Positions 19,402 through 27,119 of a stretch of 64,000 bases of DNA are shown piece by piece (the first letter of the stretch is position 1; each line of letters starts with the position of its first letter). The stretch lies in assembly GCA_963769025.1 (NCBI GenBank), contig CAVYKI010000009.1, positions 128,001 to 192,000 of the forward strand. Direction: 5' to 3'. Source of the DNA: an uncultured Verrucomicrobiae bacterium (GTDB taxonomy: Bacteria; Verrucomicrobiota; Verrucomicrobiia; Chthoniobacterales; Chthoniobacteraceae). Under the pieces are notes generated by a model that saw nothing but the letters and a program-made list of their open reading frames with translations, did no database searches and was not told where the DNA came from. The position numbers were made by a program, and so were the translations under genes.

Positions 19402-19685
19402 ACAAACATGCCCCAAGCATATAAAATCCCCTTGCCTATGCTTCACACCTTCCTGTAATACCGCGCCCGACGCCACAGCTTCCCGGCGTTGGAATGGATG
19501 CCGGGAGCGGGGCTCCCCAATCAACAACCAGCAGGCAACGGACATGCACGGATCGGAGGATATGCAGGTGCGCCACGGCGGAGGTTTCGCCGGAGGGGAA
19601 AGCGTCCCCGGGTGCGCCGGGGATGAAATGCGACGCGGCGGCCCCGATCCGGTGCCCTTCGGAGACAATGAAATCAGCCATGCCC

Positions 19686-19763
19686 GTCCGAAAATAGCCC
19701 GGCACCCGCATCGATGTCCGAAAATAGCCCGGCCGTCGGATCCATGTCCGAAAATAGGCCAGC
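19686..19763. repeat. Three direct repeats with 30-bp period
   Basis: GTCCGAAAATAG(C/G)CC at 19686, 19716 and 19746; the third copy runs into the next palindrome. Confidence 0.8.
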
Positions 19764-19892
19764 ACTTCAGTGCTGGGTCTTCCGGTCCCTGCGGGAATGA
19801 GTCCCGGAGGGACGAAAGAATCCTGCCATCCCTCCGGGACTTGTCCGGATTGTCCTCCTCGGTACCCAGCACTGAATTGCTGGGCAATTTTC
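19750..19892. repeat. REP-doublet-like palindrome, copy 1
   Basis: GAAAATAGGCCAGCACTTCAGTGCTGGG ... GTCCCGGAGGGAC ... CCCAGCACTGAATTGCTGGGCAATTTTC; homologous to 23108-23253. Confidence 0.85.
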
Positions 19893-19927
19893 AGGGTTCT
19901 GCGCCCTGTTGCACGACCTCCTACGGG

Positions 19928-20220
19928 TGCAAAGGTCTCCGCTCAAAGCCGGCCCCGCATCTTGCGCGTGCAACGACCCGCGCCCCAAAGCCGGGCCGGT
20001 TTCCTTTGCGTGCAAAGACCCCCGGCTCAAGCTTGAGCCGCCCCTCTTTGCACCTGCAAGGGGCACCGCGCCCGGGCCCGCAGGCATTTGCAGGTGCAAA
20101 GACCCCCGACTTAAGGTCAAACCGCCCCCCTTTGCATGCAAAGACCCCCGACTTAAAGTCAAACCGCCCCTCTTTGCATGCAAAGACCCATGACTTAAAG
20201 TCAAACCACCCCTCTTTGCA
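19928..20220. repeat. Tandem array of seven ~42-bp units with palindromic edges (TGCAAAG...CTTTGCA)
   Basis: Units start at 19928, 19969, 20011, 20055, 20095, 20137 and 20179; the last three are nearly identical (TGCAAAGACCCCCGACTTAAAGTCAAACCGCCCCTCTTTGCA). Confidence 0.9.
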
Positions 20221-20380
20221 CCGGGATACCCCCGGATTTTCGGCAAAAAATGCCATTTTTCGCCCCTTTCCAGCCCATCGCCCTCCGATCTGCCCGTTTT
20301 CAGCCTTTGGCGGGCACCTCCCGGCATTCCCTCCCGCTTCCCACGCATCCTCACATCCACCCCTGAACCACTGACCCGCC

Positions 20381-21163
20381 ATGCCATTCCGCCAGTTACC
20401 CAGCACGAACGCCACCTACCTGCAGGCCCTCGACGCCGCCCATGCCAAATGGACCGGCACCGCCGCCCCGGACCGCCTCATCAGCCAGGAGCAGTTCGAC
20501 AAATACCTCGACCTCACCCCGCCCGCCGGCGGCGCATTGGGCAGCATCCATTTCCGGTTCAAAAAGGAGACCGGCGAATCCACCGGCGCACTCGCCGCGC
20601 AGACGCCCCTCACCAGCGCGCTCGATACCACCCGCGGCCTGCTCCGCCTCACCATCTCGCATTTCATCCAGACGATGAATAATGCCATCACCCGCGGCGT
20701 CCTCCCGCGCGAGACCCGCACCACCTTCCAGCTCCCGCTGGAGAGCGACCGCGTGCCCGACCTCTTCACCGATGCCGACCTCCTGCTCTGGGCCCAGCAC
20801 ATCGCCGATGGCGAAACCGCCCGCACCGCCGCCGGCGGCACCCCCATCGCCTGGCCCGCCGCCGCCGAAGTCACCGCCCTGCGCGACCAGTTCCGCACCC
20901 AGTCCGCCGCGCAAAGCACCGCCAAGGACGCCACCGACCGCGAGCAGGGCGACGTCGAGCGCCTCCTGCCCGGCGTCGCCGCCGCCATCAAGGACCTCTG
21001 GGACACCATCGAATTCAACCTCCGCCACGAACCCACCACCTCCGGCCTCCGCCGCCGCGCCCGCGAATGGGGCCTGACCTACGCCACCCGCCCCGGCGAA
21101 ACCCCCGACGAAGGAACGCCCCCCACAAACCCCACCCCGCCCGCACCCGGGAATCCGGCGTGA
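20381..21163 (+). CDS. Hypothetical alpha-helical protein (260 aa) downstream of the repeat array
   Basis: Clean ORF with strong third-position C bias; MPFRQLPST...DLWDTIEF...RRRAREWGLTY; Pro-rich tail. Confidence 0.85.
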   Translation: MPFRQLPSTNATYLQALDAAHAKWTGTAAPDRLISQEQFDKYLDLTPPAGGALGSIHFRFKKETGESTGALAAQTPLTSALDTTRGLLRLTISHFIQTMNNAITRGVLPRETRTTFQLPLESDRVPDLFTDADLLLWAQHIADGETARTAAGGTPIAWPAAAEVTALRDQFRTQSAAQSTAKDATDREQGDVERLLPGVAAAIKDLWDTIEFNLRHEPTTSGLRRRAREWGLTYATRPGETPDEGTPPTNPTPPAPGNPA

Positions 21164-21202
21164 CTTTCGGCTAATTCTTGGCATGCCCACTACGCCCTCT
21201 CT

Positions 21203-21745
21203 ATGAAAACCGAAACACCCGCTGAAGAAGAACTGCGTTTGAAGCGTATCAACACCTGGATCGCTGCAATTGGTGCGATTGGAGTGGCCGCCACAATCTG
21301 GTTTGGATTTCGCCGGTTAGCTGTGGAAGCACAAGCGCAGACTAACGCAGTTCAGCAACAGTGGGCGACTCACTTTTACGACGAGAAACTTTCTCTCTAC
21401 GCGAGAGCGACCGAGACGGCAGCCAAGATCGCCGCTCTGAAATCGAAAGAGGCGAAAGACACCGACTTGCAAGGTGCTATTACCGAGTTCCGCATACTCT
21501 TCTGGGGTCCGATGTGTGTCACCGAAGGTCAAGACGTAGAGAAGGCGATGGTGTATTTTGCTGCTGCTCTCGATTCGGCAGCTTCCGGGAAGGACCTCCA
21601 GCAGCTTTCTCTTTTTCTCGCTCACGTTTGCCGCAATGAAGCTCATGAGTTATACGTTCGAGACGGACACGCTGCGTCACACTACGGAACAAACGACACG
21701 ATTCTGGAGCGTATGAAACAGCTCTCGGGTGCTTCTTCTCAATGA
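21203..21745 (+). CDS. Hypothetical protein with a single N-terminal TM helix
   Basis: 180 aa ORF with visibly lower GC than its flanks; hydrophobic WIAAIGAIGVAATIWFGF. Confidence 0.7.
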   Translation: MKTETPAEEELRLKRINTWIAAIGAIGVAATIWFGFRRLAVEAQAQTNAVQQQWATHFYDEKLSLYARATETAAKIAALKSKEAKDTDLQGAITEFRILFWGPMCVTEGQDVEKAMVYFAAALDSAASGKDLQQLSLFLAHVCRNEAHELYVRDGHAASHYGTNDTILERMKQLSGASSQ

Positions 21746-21773
21746 ACCGTGGGCCTACGCGCTATCCAAATTT

Positions 21774-21878
21774 ATGATACCACCAGACCCACCGCCCCCG
21801 CCGCCCCCGCCGCCCCCGCCGCCCCCGCCGACCAATAATCCGGGAACCAAGAGTCCGAACATTCCGCGAACGCGATGA
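21774..21878 (+). CDS. Putative poly-proline micro-ORF (34 aa, MIPPD-P14-TNNPGTKSPNIPRTR)
   Basis: Manual translation; its TGA overlaps the ATG of the next gene (ATGA at 21875-21878); encoded by (CCGCCCCCG)n. Confidence 0.45.
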   Translation: MIPPDPPPPPPPPPPPPPPTNNPGTKSPNIPRTR

Positions 21879-22091
21879 CAAGCAAGGACCTTTGGGAGCA
21901 GTATCAGCATTACACCAATGACCTCACGCAGAACGCGCGCACTCTTGGTTTCGCCGCGGGAGCGATATGCTGGCTCTTCAAGCCCGCTGACGAGGTATCG
22001 TTTCCTCCAGCTATTCTTTGCGCCCTCAGTCTCCTCGTCGTGTTCTTCGTGTGCGACATTCTCCATTATTTCATCGGCGCCCTCGCGCTTA
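21875..22091 (+). pseudogene. Small membrane protein interrupted by IS insertion
   Basis: MTSKDLWEQYQHYT...two TM segments; the reading frame runs into the IS end at 22092. Confidence 0.6.
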
Positions 22092-22881
22092 GAGCGTGTC
22101 ATGCACTTTGGTTGAAAGAAAGGTCTGTACTTTGTAAATACGTCCCGGCATTACGCTTGGGATGGCGCTTAAAACACGAGGAACCAAAACCAATTATGCG
22201 AGCGATGTCAGCGATGAGGAATGGGCGTTCTGCGCGCCGTATCTCACGCTGATGAGAGAAGACGCTGCGCAGCGCGAATACTCGATGCGGGCGATGTTCA
22301 ACGCTGTGCGTTACATGGTGCGGGCGGGATGTCCGTGGCGGATGATTCCCAACGATCTGCCTCCGTGGCCGGCGGTGCATCAGCAGGCGCAGCGATGGAT
22401 CAATGCGGGGTGTTTCGAAGCGATGGCGCACGACCTGCGCAAGATGCTGCGTTTGCTCGCGCAGAAAGCCATGCAACCGACGGCGGTGATCCTCGATGGA
22501 AGAACAATGCAATCGACGCCGGAAAGCGGAGCCCGGGCGGGCTACGACGGATACAAGCGGCGCAAAGGTTCCAAAGTGCACGCCGCAGTGGATACGCTGG
22601 GCAATTTGCTCGCGCTCAAAGTCACCGCGGCCAGTGAACAGGAGCGCGCCCAAGTGGCGGATCTGATCAAGGAAGTGCAGGAGGCAACGGGTGAAAATGT
22701 GGAAGTGGCGTACGTCGATCAGGGCTACACGGGCCAAACGCCAAAAGAGCAGGCGGCCAAACAAGGCGTCGATTTGATCGTGGTGAAGCTCGAAGAAGCC
22801 AAACGCGGATTCGTGCTTCTGCCCAGACGCTGGGTGGTCGAACGCTCGTTCAGCATTGGGGCGCGCTCGCATTCGCTTTGA
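22092..22881 (+). mobile_element. IS5-family insertion sequence, right end missing
   Basis: Putative left end GAGCGTGTCATGCAC preceded by TTA; transposase follows; no matching right inverted repeat seen. Confidence 0.78.
22162..22881 (+). CDS. IS5-family transposase, C-terminally truncated
   Basis: YASDVSDEEW, GCPWRMIPNDLPPW, ILDGRT, GYDGYKRRKGSKVHAAVDTLG, VDQGY, RRWVVERSF, then an abrupt switch to unrelated sequence. Confidence 0.9.
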   Translation: MALKTRGTKTNYASDVSDEEWAFCAPYLTLMREDAAQREYSMRAMFNAVRYMVRAGCPWRMIPNDLPPWPAVHQQAQRWINAGCFEAMAHDLRKMLRLLAQKAMQPTAVILDGRTMQSTPESGARAGYDGYKRRKGSKVHAAVDTLGNLLALKVTAASEQERAQVADLIKEVQEATGENVEVAYVDQGYTGQTPKEQAAKQGVDLIVVKLEEAKRGFVLLPRRWVVERSFSIGARSHSL

Positions 22882-23107
22882 CCTTATCGAGTGCAGCGAA
22901 CCGCACAAGTGATGAGGAGATTCCGAAACCTCAATAACCGCAACGCCTAACCCCTATGAAAGGGGTCAAGATGGAAGTTGGGTGAAGTGAGTAAATGGTT
23001 TGCTTGGGTTTGGCCGGGCGGCGCGTTGCCGGGGGCGGCCGGGTCTGGGTTGGGGGTTGCGTGAGCTTGGGAACGTCTGACTCGCTCGCTTCGCTCGTCT
23101 CGCCCTT

Positions 23108-23253
23108 GAAAATAGCCCAGCACTTCAGTGCTGGGACCGTTGCGAAATGGGAAACGAGTCCCGGAGGGACGGCAGAATGGTTCTTTCGTCCCTGCCGGGA
23201 CTCGCTGTCTGCACACTCTGAAAGACCCAGCACTGAAGTGCTGGGCTATTTTC
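23108..23253. repeat. REP-doublet-like palindrome, copy 2
   Basis: Perfect 28-bp inverted repeat GAAAATAGCCCAGCACTTCAGTGCTGGG (23108-23135) / 23226-23253 enclosing GTCCCGGAGGGAC and GTCCCTGCCGGGAC. Confidence 0.88.
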
Positions 23254-23528
23254 GGAAACTTCAGAGCCGCCTACGCAAACACCGCGCTGATCGGCTTCCC
23301 ATCCGCCGCATGCACGGGACGGGCGTTCGGGGGAAGAGGGAACGAGGAAGATGAGGGGACGTGTCGCAGCGCGATGAGCGCGGGTTTGTGAGGAGGGGCG
23401 CGTGAACCAGTTTGCGAGCGGGGCGATGCGACGGGATGTGCGTGTCGCGTCAGGCGGTTTTCCGCGGTGAAATTGTGGCTTGAGGCGGCACGCGCGCGGG
23501 CGGAGCTTTTGCCAACAACCCCACTGCC

Positions 23529-24152
23529 ATGAAAACCATCGCATCGCTTGTCCTCGCCACTTCCATGCTTGCCGCACCGGCTTTTGCCGCGGGCAAGAAA
23601 CCGTTCACCGTGCGCGGTGAATTCATTGATTCGTGCAGTTGCGCCATCGGGTGCAGTTGCCCGATGGGCTCCATCGAGGCCGGCTGCCAGGGCATCGGCG
23701 TCATCGTCGTGAAGTCGGGCAAGTTTGCCGGGAGCGACATGTCCGGCACGAAGATCGCCTACGCCGTCGCGCCCGGCAAATGGGTGCGCGGATACGTGGA
23801 CGCTCCCGATGGCGCGAAGGCGCAGGCGGCGTCGGCATTCGCGGCCGCGGCGCTCGCGGGCTTCGGCAAGGTGGAGTTTGTGAAACCCGCCAGCGTCGCC
23901 GTGTCGGGCTCGAACGGCGCGTACACCTACTCGGTGAATGGCGGCAAGATCATGAAAGCCTCGACGCGCATGGTCGCGGGTGCCGACGGACGTTCGCCAA
24001 TCATCCACTCGAACCTCCCCGACCCGCTCAATGACAGCCTGGCGCAGGCGAAGACCGTGAGCGGCAGCTACCGCGATGCCGGGCGCTCCTTCACGCTGCG
24101 CGGCAGCAACAGCTACTACAACACGCGGCTCAGCAAGAGCGGGAAGCTTTAG
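23529..24152 (+). CDS. Secreted DUF1326-like Cys-motif protein
   Basis: Signal peptide MKTIASLVLATSMLAAPAFA; GEFIDSCSCAIGCSC...CQG motif. Confidence 0.65.
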   Translation: MKTIASLVLATSMLAAPAFAAGKKPFTVRGEFIDSCSCAIGCSCPMGSIEAGCQGIGVIVVKSGKFAGSDMSGTKIAYAVAPGKWVRGYVDAPDGAKAQAASAFAAAALAGFGKVEFVKPASVAVSGSNGAYTYSVNGGKIMKASTRMVAGADGRSPIIHSNLPDPLNDSLAQAKTVSGSYRDAGRSFTLRGSNSYYNTRLSKSGKL

Positions 24153-24170
24153 CGCCGGCGGCGCGGCTGC

Positions 24171-24265
24171 GAGGCGAGCGGTTCCATTAAGCCGCAAGCA
24201 TCTTTGTTAAGACGCGAGCGGTTCCCTCAAGACGCGAGCGTCTTCCTTAAGACGCAATCGTCTTG
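24171..24265. repeat. Degenerate 20-bp tandem repeat (4-5 units)
   Basis: GAGGCGAGCGGTTCCATTAA / GCCGCAAGCATCTTTGTTAA / GACGCGAGCGGTTCCCTCAA / GACGCGAGCGTCTTCCTTAA / GACGCAATCGTCTTG, between convergent genes. Confidence 0.7.
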
Positions 24266-24496
24266 TGCGTGCCGTCGCAGAACGGCGCGTTGGCGGTGTG
24301 CTTGCACTGGCAGAGCCACGCGTCGCCGGATTTGTCGGCGGTGAATTTCTTCGGGGCGAAGGATGAGCCCTTGTGCGCAGCCGTTGCAGAAGGGCTGCGT
24401 GGCGGATTTTCCGCAGGTGCAGAACCAGTAGTCCTTTCCGGCCTCGAGGGTGACTTTGGCGGGGGACTTTGCGGCAATGACGGGTTGGTCGCTCAT
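24247..24496 (-). CDS. CDGSH iron-sulfur domain protein (two CDGSH motifs); +1 frameshift near 24378
   Basis: MSDQPVIAAKSP...WFCTCGKSATQPFCNG in one frame, HKGSSFAP...WLCQCKHTANAPFCDGTH in the next. Confidence 0.85.
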
Positions 24497-24576
24497 GGCG
24501 CGAGGTTCCGGCAACGCATCCGCAAGCGCAAGCGTCGAAGGGCCTGCGTTCCAAAATCCCTGCGCGGCGGCGCGCG

Positions 24577-25873
24577 TCAGATCTTCGGCTCGAAGCCGCT
24601 GCGGTAGGACTCGCGCTGCCAGAGCTTTTCGCCCGCGGGATTGTCGATGAGTTTGCCGGTCTTCGGGTCGCAGCGGACGACGGTGTTGGTGCGGTAGGCG
24701 ATGTTGCCGAGATGGCAGAGCATGGCGCTTTTCTGCCCTTCGGCGATGGGGCTGTTGAGCTTCGCCTTGCCGCGGATCGCGTCGAGGAAGTTGCCGATGT
24801 GCGCCGCGTCGCCGCCGCCCGGGCCCTTGCCCTTGCTCGATTTCCTTTCCGGCCGGGTCGTAGTTGGTCCACGCGTCGCGGTTGATGGCCATGGTGCCGT
24901 TGTCCCCGTGGAAGACGATTTCGCCGAGCGGCTTTTCCGCCGCGCGCGGGTGGCAGCTGCTCTGCACCCATTCGGCGCCGCCGAGCTTTCCAAAGTCGTA
25001 CACCGCGGTGCCCGTGTCGGGCGACTCCTGCTTGTCGTCGTGCCAGTAGCGGCCGCCATTGTAGGTCACGCGCTCCGGATAATCGGCCTGCAGTCCCCAG
25101 CGCAGGATGTCGAGGGTGTGGACGCCGTTGTTGCCGAGCTCGCCATTGCCCCAATGCCACAGCCAGTGCCAGTCGTAGTGCATGTAGGGGCGGATGTCGC
25201 GCACCTGGCCGCCGATGAGTTCGTCCGGCACCGGGCCCTGCCAGAGGTTCATGTCGATGTTTTCCGCGGCCTTCGACGCACCGAGCCCGATGGCGTTGCG
25301 CTTGTTGTAGTAAAATGCGCGGCTGAACCGCACCTTGCCGATCGCTCCGCCGTGCAGCGCGGCGATGGCGTCCTTCATCCACGTGCGGCGCTGGTTTCCC
25401 ATCTGCACGACGCGATCGTATTTTTTCTGCGCGGCGACGATCATCTCCGCCTCGTGCGGATTCTGGCTGCCGGGTTTTTCGACATACACGTGCTTGCCGG
25501 CCTGCATCGCGAGCAGCGCGGCGGGCGTGTGCCAGTAGTTCGGCGTCGCGATGAAGATGGCGTCCACCGACTTGTCCTCGAGAATCTTGCGGAAATCCGT
25601 CACGGCCTGGCATGGCGACGCCTGCTTTTCCGCCATCAGTTTCGCGCCGCGTTCGAGCCGCACCGAATCGGTCTCCGCGATGTAGGCGATTTCCACATCC
25701 GGCAGCGTGAGGAGCGCCTGCACGTGGCCGAGCCCGCGCCCGAGCGCGACGACTGCGACCTTGATTTTGCGCCCGGCGACGTCGGCGGCGCGGAGATTCG
25801 GGATGCTGGAAAGTGCGGCGCCTGCGGCGAGCACGGCGGTTTGCTTCAGGGCGGAACGGCGGGTGATGTCCAT
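24577..25873 (-). CDS. Tat-exported Gfo/Idh/MocA oxidoreductase; +1 frameshift near 24840
   Basis: TRRSALK twin-Arg signal, IATPNYWH, HVYVEKP, GELGNNGVHTLD; the C-terminus (HIGNFLDAIRG...CHLGNIAYR) is in another frame. Confidence 0.87.
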
Positions 25874-25978
25874 GGGTGTTTTGGGTTGGGTTTGGGGGAA
25901 CGCGCGCGTGCGGCGGTCAAGCCGTGCGGGAGGAAAATTCCGGGGCGGGGGATACCTTTGATCTGCCGTGGCAGTTTT

Positions 25979-26118
25979 TTGAAACGCAGAGACGCAGAGA
26001 GGAGGGGAATGGCGGGAACGATGGGAAGTGGGGGCGTGTGAGATGAAGCAGGCAACTGACCATTGCTTACGAACCGTCGCCTTTGCTTCCTCCGCGTCTC
26101 TGCGTCTCCGCGTTTAAA
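25979..26118. repeat. Intergenic inverted repeat (AACGCAGAGACGCAGAG ... CTCTGCGTCTCCGCGTT)
   Basis: Arms at about 25979-26000 and 26098-26118 with internal tandem sub-repeats; REP-like. Confidence 0.7.
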
Positions 26119-26127
26119 TCCTCCGCC

Positions 26128-26940
26128 CTACTTCGCGAAGAACGCGTTGTTCTGCTGCTCCTCGCCGACGCTCGTGAGCGGGCCGTGGCCGGGGCAGATG
26201 ACGGTGTCCGCGGGCAGCGTGAGGATCTGCTCGATGTTGCACTTCAGCGCGGCCGGGTAGCTGATGCCGCCGCCGCCCATGCTGCCGGCGAAGATCGAAT
26301 CGCCCACGATCGCGAGGGGCCGGGCGAGGCCGGTGACGACATACGTGATGCCGCCCGCGCAATGTCCCCACGTCAGCCGGCTCTCCACTTTCAGCCCGCC
26401 GAGCTGCCACACCTTGCCCGGCGCGAAACTGGTCGCACCTTCCACGGGTTCCTTCTCGCCGGTCCACGCGGGTGCGCCGGTCTTTTCGCGCAGGCGGTCG
26501 AGGTCGAAAATGTGATCGCCGTGCGTGTGCGTGATGAAAATGGTGCGCAGCGTGAGTTGCTTCTCCGCGATCATCTCGAGCATCCCGCTCGCGTCCGCGC
26601 CGGTGTCAAAGATCGCCGCGTCGCGTGTCGCAGGGTCCCACACGAGGTAGGCGTTCACCGTCATGTCCTCATAGGTCGTGTTGAATTGCGCCAGCCCGTC
26701 CAGCGTCACGTCCGCCGGCTTGTAACGGTTGGTTGCGAGCGCGCCGAGGCAGCGCGCGTTCAGCCCGAGCACCGGGGCGACCTTTTCCGCGACCGCGGCG
26801 CTGAACTCCCCGGCCCGCAGCGTCTCCAGCTCCGCGACGCTCACTCCCGCGCGCTCGGCGACGGTCCGGTCGTCGAGCTTCTGCCCGCGGATGGCTTTGC
26901 CGATGATGTCTGTGTAGGTGTCTTCGAGAGGGATGTTCAT
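26128..26940 (-). CDS. MBL-fold metallo-hydrolase with N-terminal XRE-like HTH
   Basis: THTHGDH, GHCAGG, GDSIFAGS, PGHGP; N-terminal VAERAGVSVAEL...VAPVLGL. Confidence 0.88.
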   Translation of the reverse strand: MNIPLEDTYTDIIGKAIRGQKLDDRTVAERAGVSVAELETLRAGEFSAAVAEKVAPVLGLNARCLGALATNRYKPADVTLDGLAQFNTTYEDMTVNAYLVWDPATRDAAIFDTGADASGMLEMIAEKQLTLRTIFITHTHGDHIFDLDRLREKTGAPAWTGEKEPVEGATSFAPGKVWQLGGLKVESRLTWGHCAGGITYVVTGLARPLAIVGDSIFAGSMGGGGISYPAALKCNIEQILTLPADTVICPGHGPLTSVGEEQQNNAFFAK

Positions 26941-27119
26941 GGCGCGAGTAAAGGGGAGACGCGGCGCACTTGTCCAGAAGGCGAACGTGCGGCCGCGCGA
27001 TGCGCGGAGGCGGATCGAGCCTGCGGGCGCGCCGCGCGCGGGAGTTGAGGTTAATCATAACGCTTGCCGTAAGAAGCTGAGGGGCTTACGGGAAGGGCGT
27101 GGCGTTTTTCGCCATTGCG

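Noticed and set aside
19928..20220. CRISPR array
   Set aside because: The last three units are nearly identical along their full length, so there are no unique spacers between constant repeats, and no cas genes are in the window.
19331..20374. 347-aa ORF with 14-aa repeats
   Set aside because: It runs through REP palindromes and the DNA array, has low-complexity composition, and other frames are also open. It is probably a by-product of the DNA repeats, though not formally excluded.
21755..22102. Minus-strand ORF with a poly-Gly tract
   Set aside because: Antisense to the plus-strand membrane gene and poly-Pro ORF; the neighbouring island genes are all on the plus strand.
22934..22985. Integron attC site (GCCTAAC ... 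GTTGGGT)
   Set aside because: The core sites are only about 40 bp apart, there is no convincing L-box pairing, and no integrase or second attC was found; at most a remnant.
24227..25873. Oxidoreductase-CDGSH fusion protein (548 aa)
   Set aside because: Artefact of a +1 frameshift; the true oxidoreductase C-terminus is in another frame ending at 24577.
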